From Malacoraja senta (lineage: Eukaryota): 64,000 nucleotides of DNA. A program made the position numbers and the translations under genes. This document shows, one piece after another, positions 61,795 through 64,000 of this stretch. The notes beneath the pieces are model-generated. The model had not been told where the DNA came from. It made no database searches and was given only the letters and a program-made list of their open reading frames with translations. The stretch lies in assembly GCA_038087875.1 (NCBI GenBank), contig CM075988.1, forward strand, positions 24,616,001 to 24,680,000, written 5' to 3'. The stretch's first letter is position 1, and each line of letters begins with the position of its first letter.

Positions 61795-62160
61795 ACATAT
61801 AAAATTGTTAAACGATTGGACAGGCTAGATGCAGGAAAAATGTTTCTGATGTTGGGGGAGTCACAGTTTAAGAATAAGGAGTAGGCCATTTAGGACTGAG
61901 ATGAAGAACAACCTCTTCACCCAGAGAGTTGTGAATCTGTGGAATTCTCTGCCACAAAAGACATATCTAACTCTCCCCCAACATCAGAAAGGCCAATTCA
62001 CCTGATGTTTTCAAGGGAGAGTTAGATTTAGCTCTTAGGGCTAAAGGAATCAAGGGATATGGGGAAAAGCAGGAACGGAGCACTGATTTTAGATGATCAG
62101 CCATGATCATATTCAATGGCGGTGCTGACTCGAAGGGCCGAATGACCTACTCCTGCACCT
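61795..62160 (+). mobile_element. CR1/HER1 3' fragment
   Basis: acatataaaattgttaaacgattggacaggctagatgcaggaaaaatg...gtgaatctgtggaattctctgcc...ctactcctgcacct. Confidence 0.9.
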
Positions 62161-64000
62161 GTCTCTAATATACAGGCTTCAAACATGGCAGAGTAGCACC
62201 ATTGATAGAGCCACTGCCAATGTCAGCAATGAGATTGAATATCCCACTCTTGCTTGTTTTCATGTATTACACTCAATCTGCTGTAGAGTTTTCCCATGTA
62301 TACAATAGGCAGTCAGAAATTAGCCTGAGGGTAGTCAGAATTGCCTACCTCATGCAGCAAACAAGGGTTGTGCAATTTGTTCACAGGGACTAAAATGGGC
62401 GATATGTAGCTTCCCCAAAATACTCAATTATTCTTGTGATCACAGAACTTTTATCCTTGAGACCTAATCTCAGTAGCACCCCGACTATCTGCTTCAGTTT
62501 TGGAAGGATATCTTGGTACTTTTTGTGCCTGCATTAAATATCCAACAAGACAGCACACGCATAGCTCTGCAATACTTAAGATTTATTATGTACAAGCAGC
62601 AAAAACAAGTATTCTCCAGTCTTATTCTTGAAAATTCAAACAGAAAACCAGTCTGCAAAATGGTCAAAATCCAATTTCCTTCTTTCACTGATGTAGTATG
62701 GGTTACAATCAACTCACATTGTGTACATTACCATTATAGTTGTTTAGTAATGATACTCAAAACTCCAAATACATTAGCAACTTCCCAATGCTGGTTGAAC
62801 TTTAAACATTTAATAGCCAAGTTGTGACATCTGAAGGCCAAGGTGAGCACGACATGCAGGAAGCAGACTAGATGCTCTGTACCAGCCCAAAACAAGCAGA
62901 TTCAGAGAAATCAGACAGCTATAGACACAAACAGCTGTCACACCTGAGGCTCGAGAAACTGCAACTCCAATGGCAAATTTGAGTCCACACATTCACACAT
63001 CTCTTCTGCCTGTTCTCTTGGTTTCAAGGGCACTTCTGTCTCTTTGTTGGAAGTACTTTCTCTGCTCCTGTACAGCATGTTCCAGCAATGGCAAGTCAAC
63101 TCCATCCGCATCAATTAGCAGCCGAGCCTGGATCACAGGAACGTTGCCTAAAAATAATGCCACCAAGTTAATATCCCAGCAATCAAAACAATTGCAGCAT
63201 GTGTGAAAAGCAATGTAACTGAGTGAAGTTTCCAGCCCTGTGGTGAGCTTCTCCATCTTCGCCAAAGTACTGCAGCTGGCCTATCTGCCCAGTACACAAA
63301 GTGGATAAGAAAATAGCTATGATCATCCAATTTTCCAGTTAACTGCACAATGAACCACAAAATCCAAAATTTAAAATAGTTCATTAATGATTTACTAGGT
63401 GATGTTCAGCTGAACTCAAAGATCAAGGGACAAATAGTCCAATTAGCTTATTTTATATCCCTACATCCTCTTCTCAATCAGAAAAATTTAGCATCAAACA
63501 ACTTGAGACAACAATGGAGTGACAGGATGAGTGATTACTCCAAACTATTTCATAACTTGCATTTGATCCTGTAAAATTGTCAGACCACAACTTGCACATG
63601 TTAATCATCCTTAATATTTGAAAGAATAATGCATCTTCCTTCCATTGAAGAATGCTTACAAGCATGATATTTTGTCCTTGTTAAATCATATCCAGATATT
63701 TATTTATGATCCTCAATTATCAAAAGTGGAATAGACAATCATCTGTTCAGAAACAAATGTCTTATTCTGCACAAAGTTTGTTTGCTAGGGTTTCCAATTC
63801 AACTGAATGGATTGGACTCAAGGGAAGAACAAAGGAGATAGCCATTCCATGCAAGTGTAGCAAAAGCCAGAATTTGCATCTGAGGAAATGAGACCAACTT
63901 AAATAAGCAGGAGACTGCGGTTTCAAAACTGCACCTTCGTTTCATATACACCTAAACCACTGATTTTCGACAAAAAAATGTATCATTACTGTGAGTAAAA

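Overview
This is AT-rich, repeat-dense vertebrate genomic DNA. The repeat inventory (HER1-like CR1 LINEs, HE1-like V-SINEs with (AAACT)n tails, SacSINE/Deu-like relics) points to a cartilaginous fish, probably a skate or ray; this is inference. Almost all ORFs in the supplied track are transposon fragments or chance ORFs. The only recognisable host coding sequence is a first exon at 15898-16053 (+) in a CpG island, encoding a TDP2-like N-terminal UBA-like domain. I could not find its catalytic exons in the following 48 kb. Mobile DNA includes L1/Tx1, many CR1 pieces (one young copy with a 652-aa open frame), RTE, Rex1, a Vingi-like 3' end, a Helitron with an internal G-rich minisatellite, PIF/Harbinger and hAT MITEs, and a rearranged LTR-type insertion with a Gypsy integrase fragment. 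The four most notable observations are: (1) a dense family of about 100-180 bp Penelope-type units carrying minimal hammerhead ribozyme cores with long TSDs; (2) a paralogous pair of CpG-rich E2F/E-box/ETS/NRF1 promoter-like elements 28 kb apart, flanked by apparently non-coding exons; (3) an array of GCGC-N7-TTTAAA (CDE/CHR-like) motifs; (4) a compact locus at 23.4-24.5 kb recording two independent MITE insertions into the same duplicated site plus a templated inversion. All calls were made by eye. Family names come from remembered motifs, not from database searches, and repeat boundaries are approximate unless a TSD is quoted.
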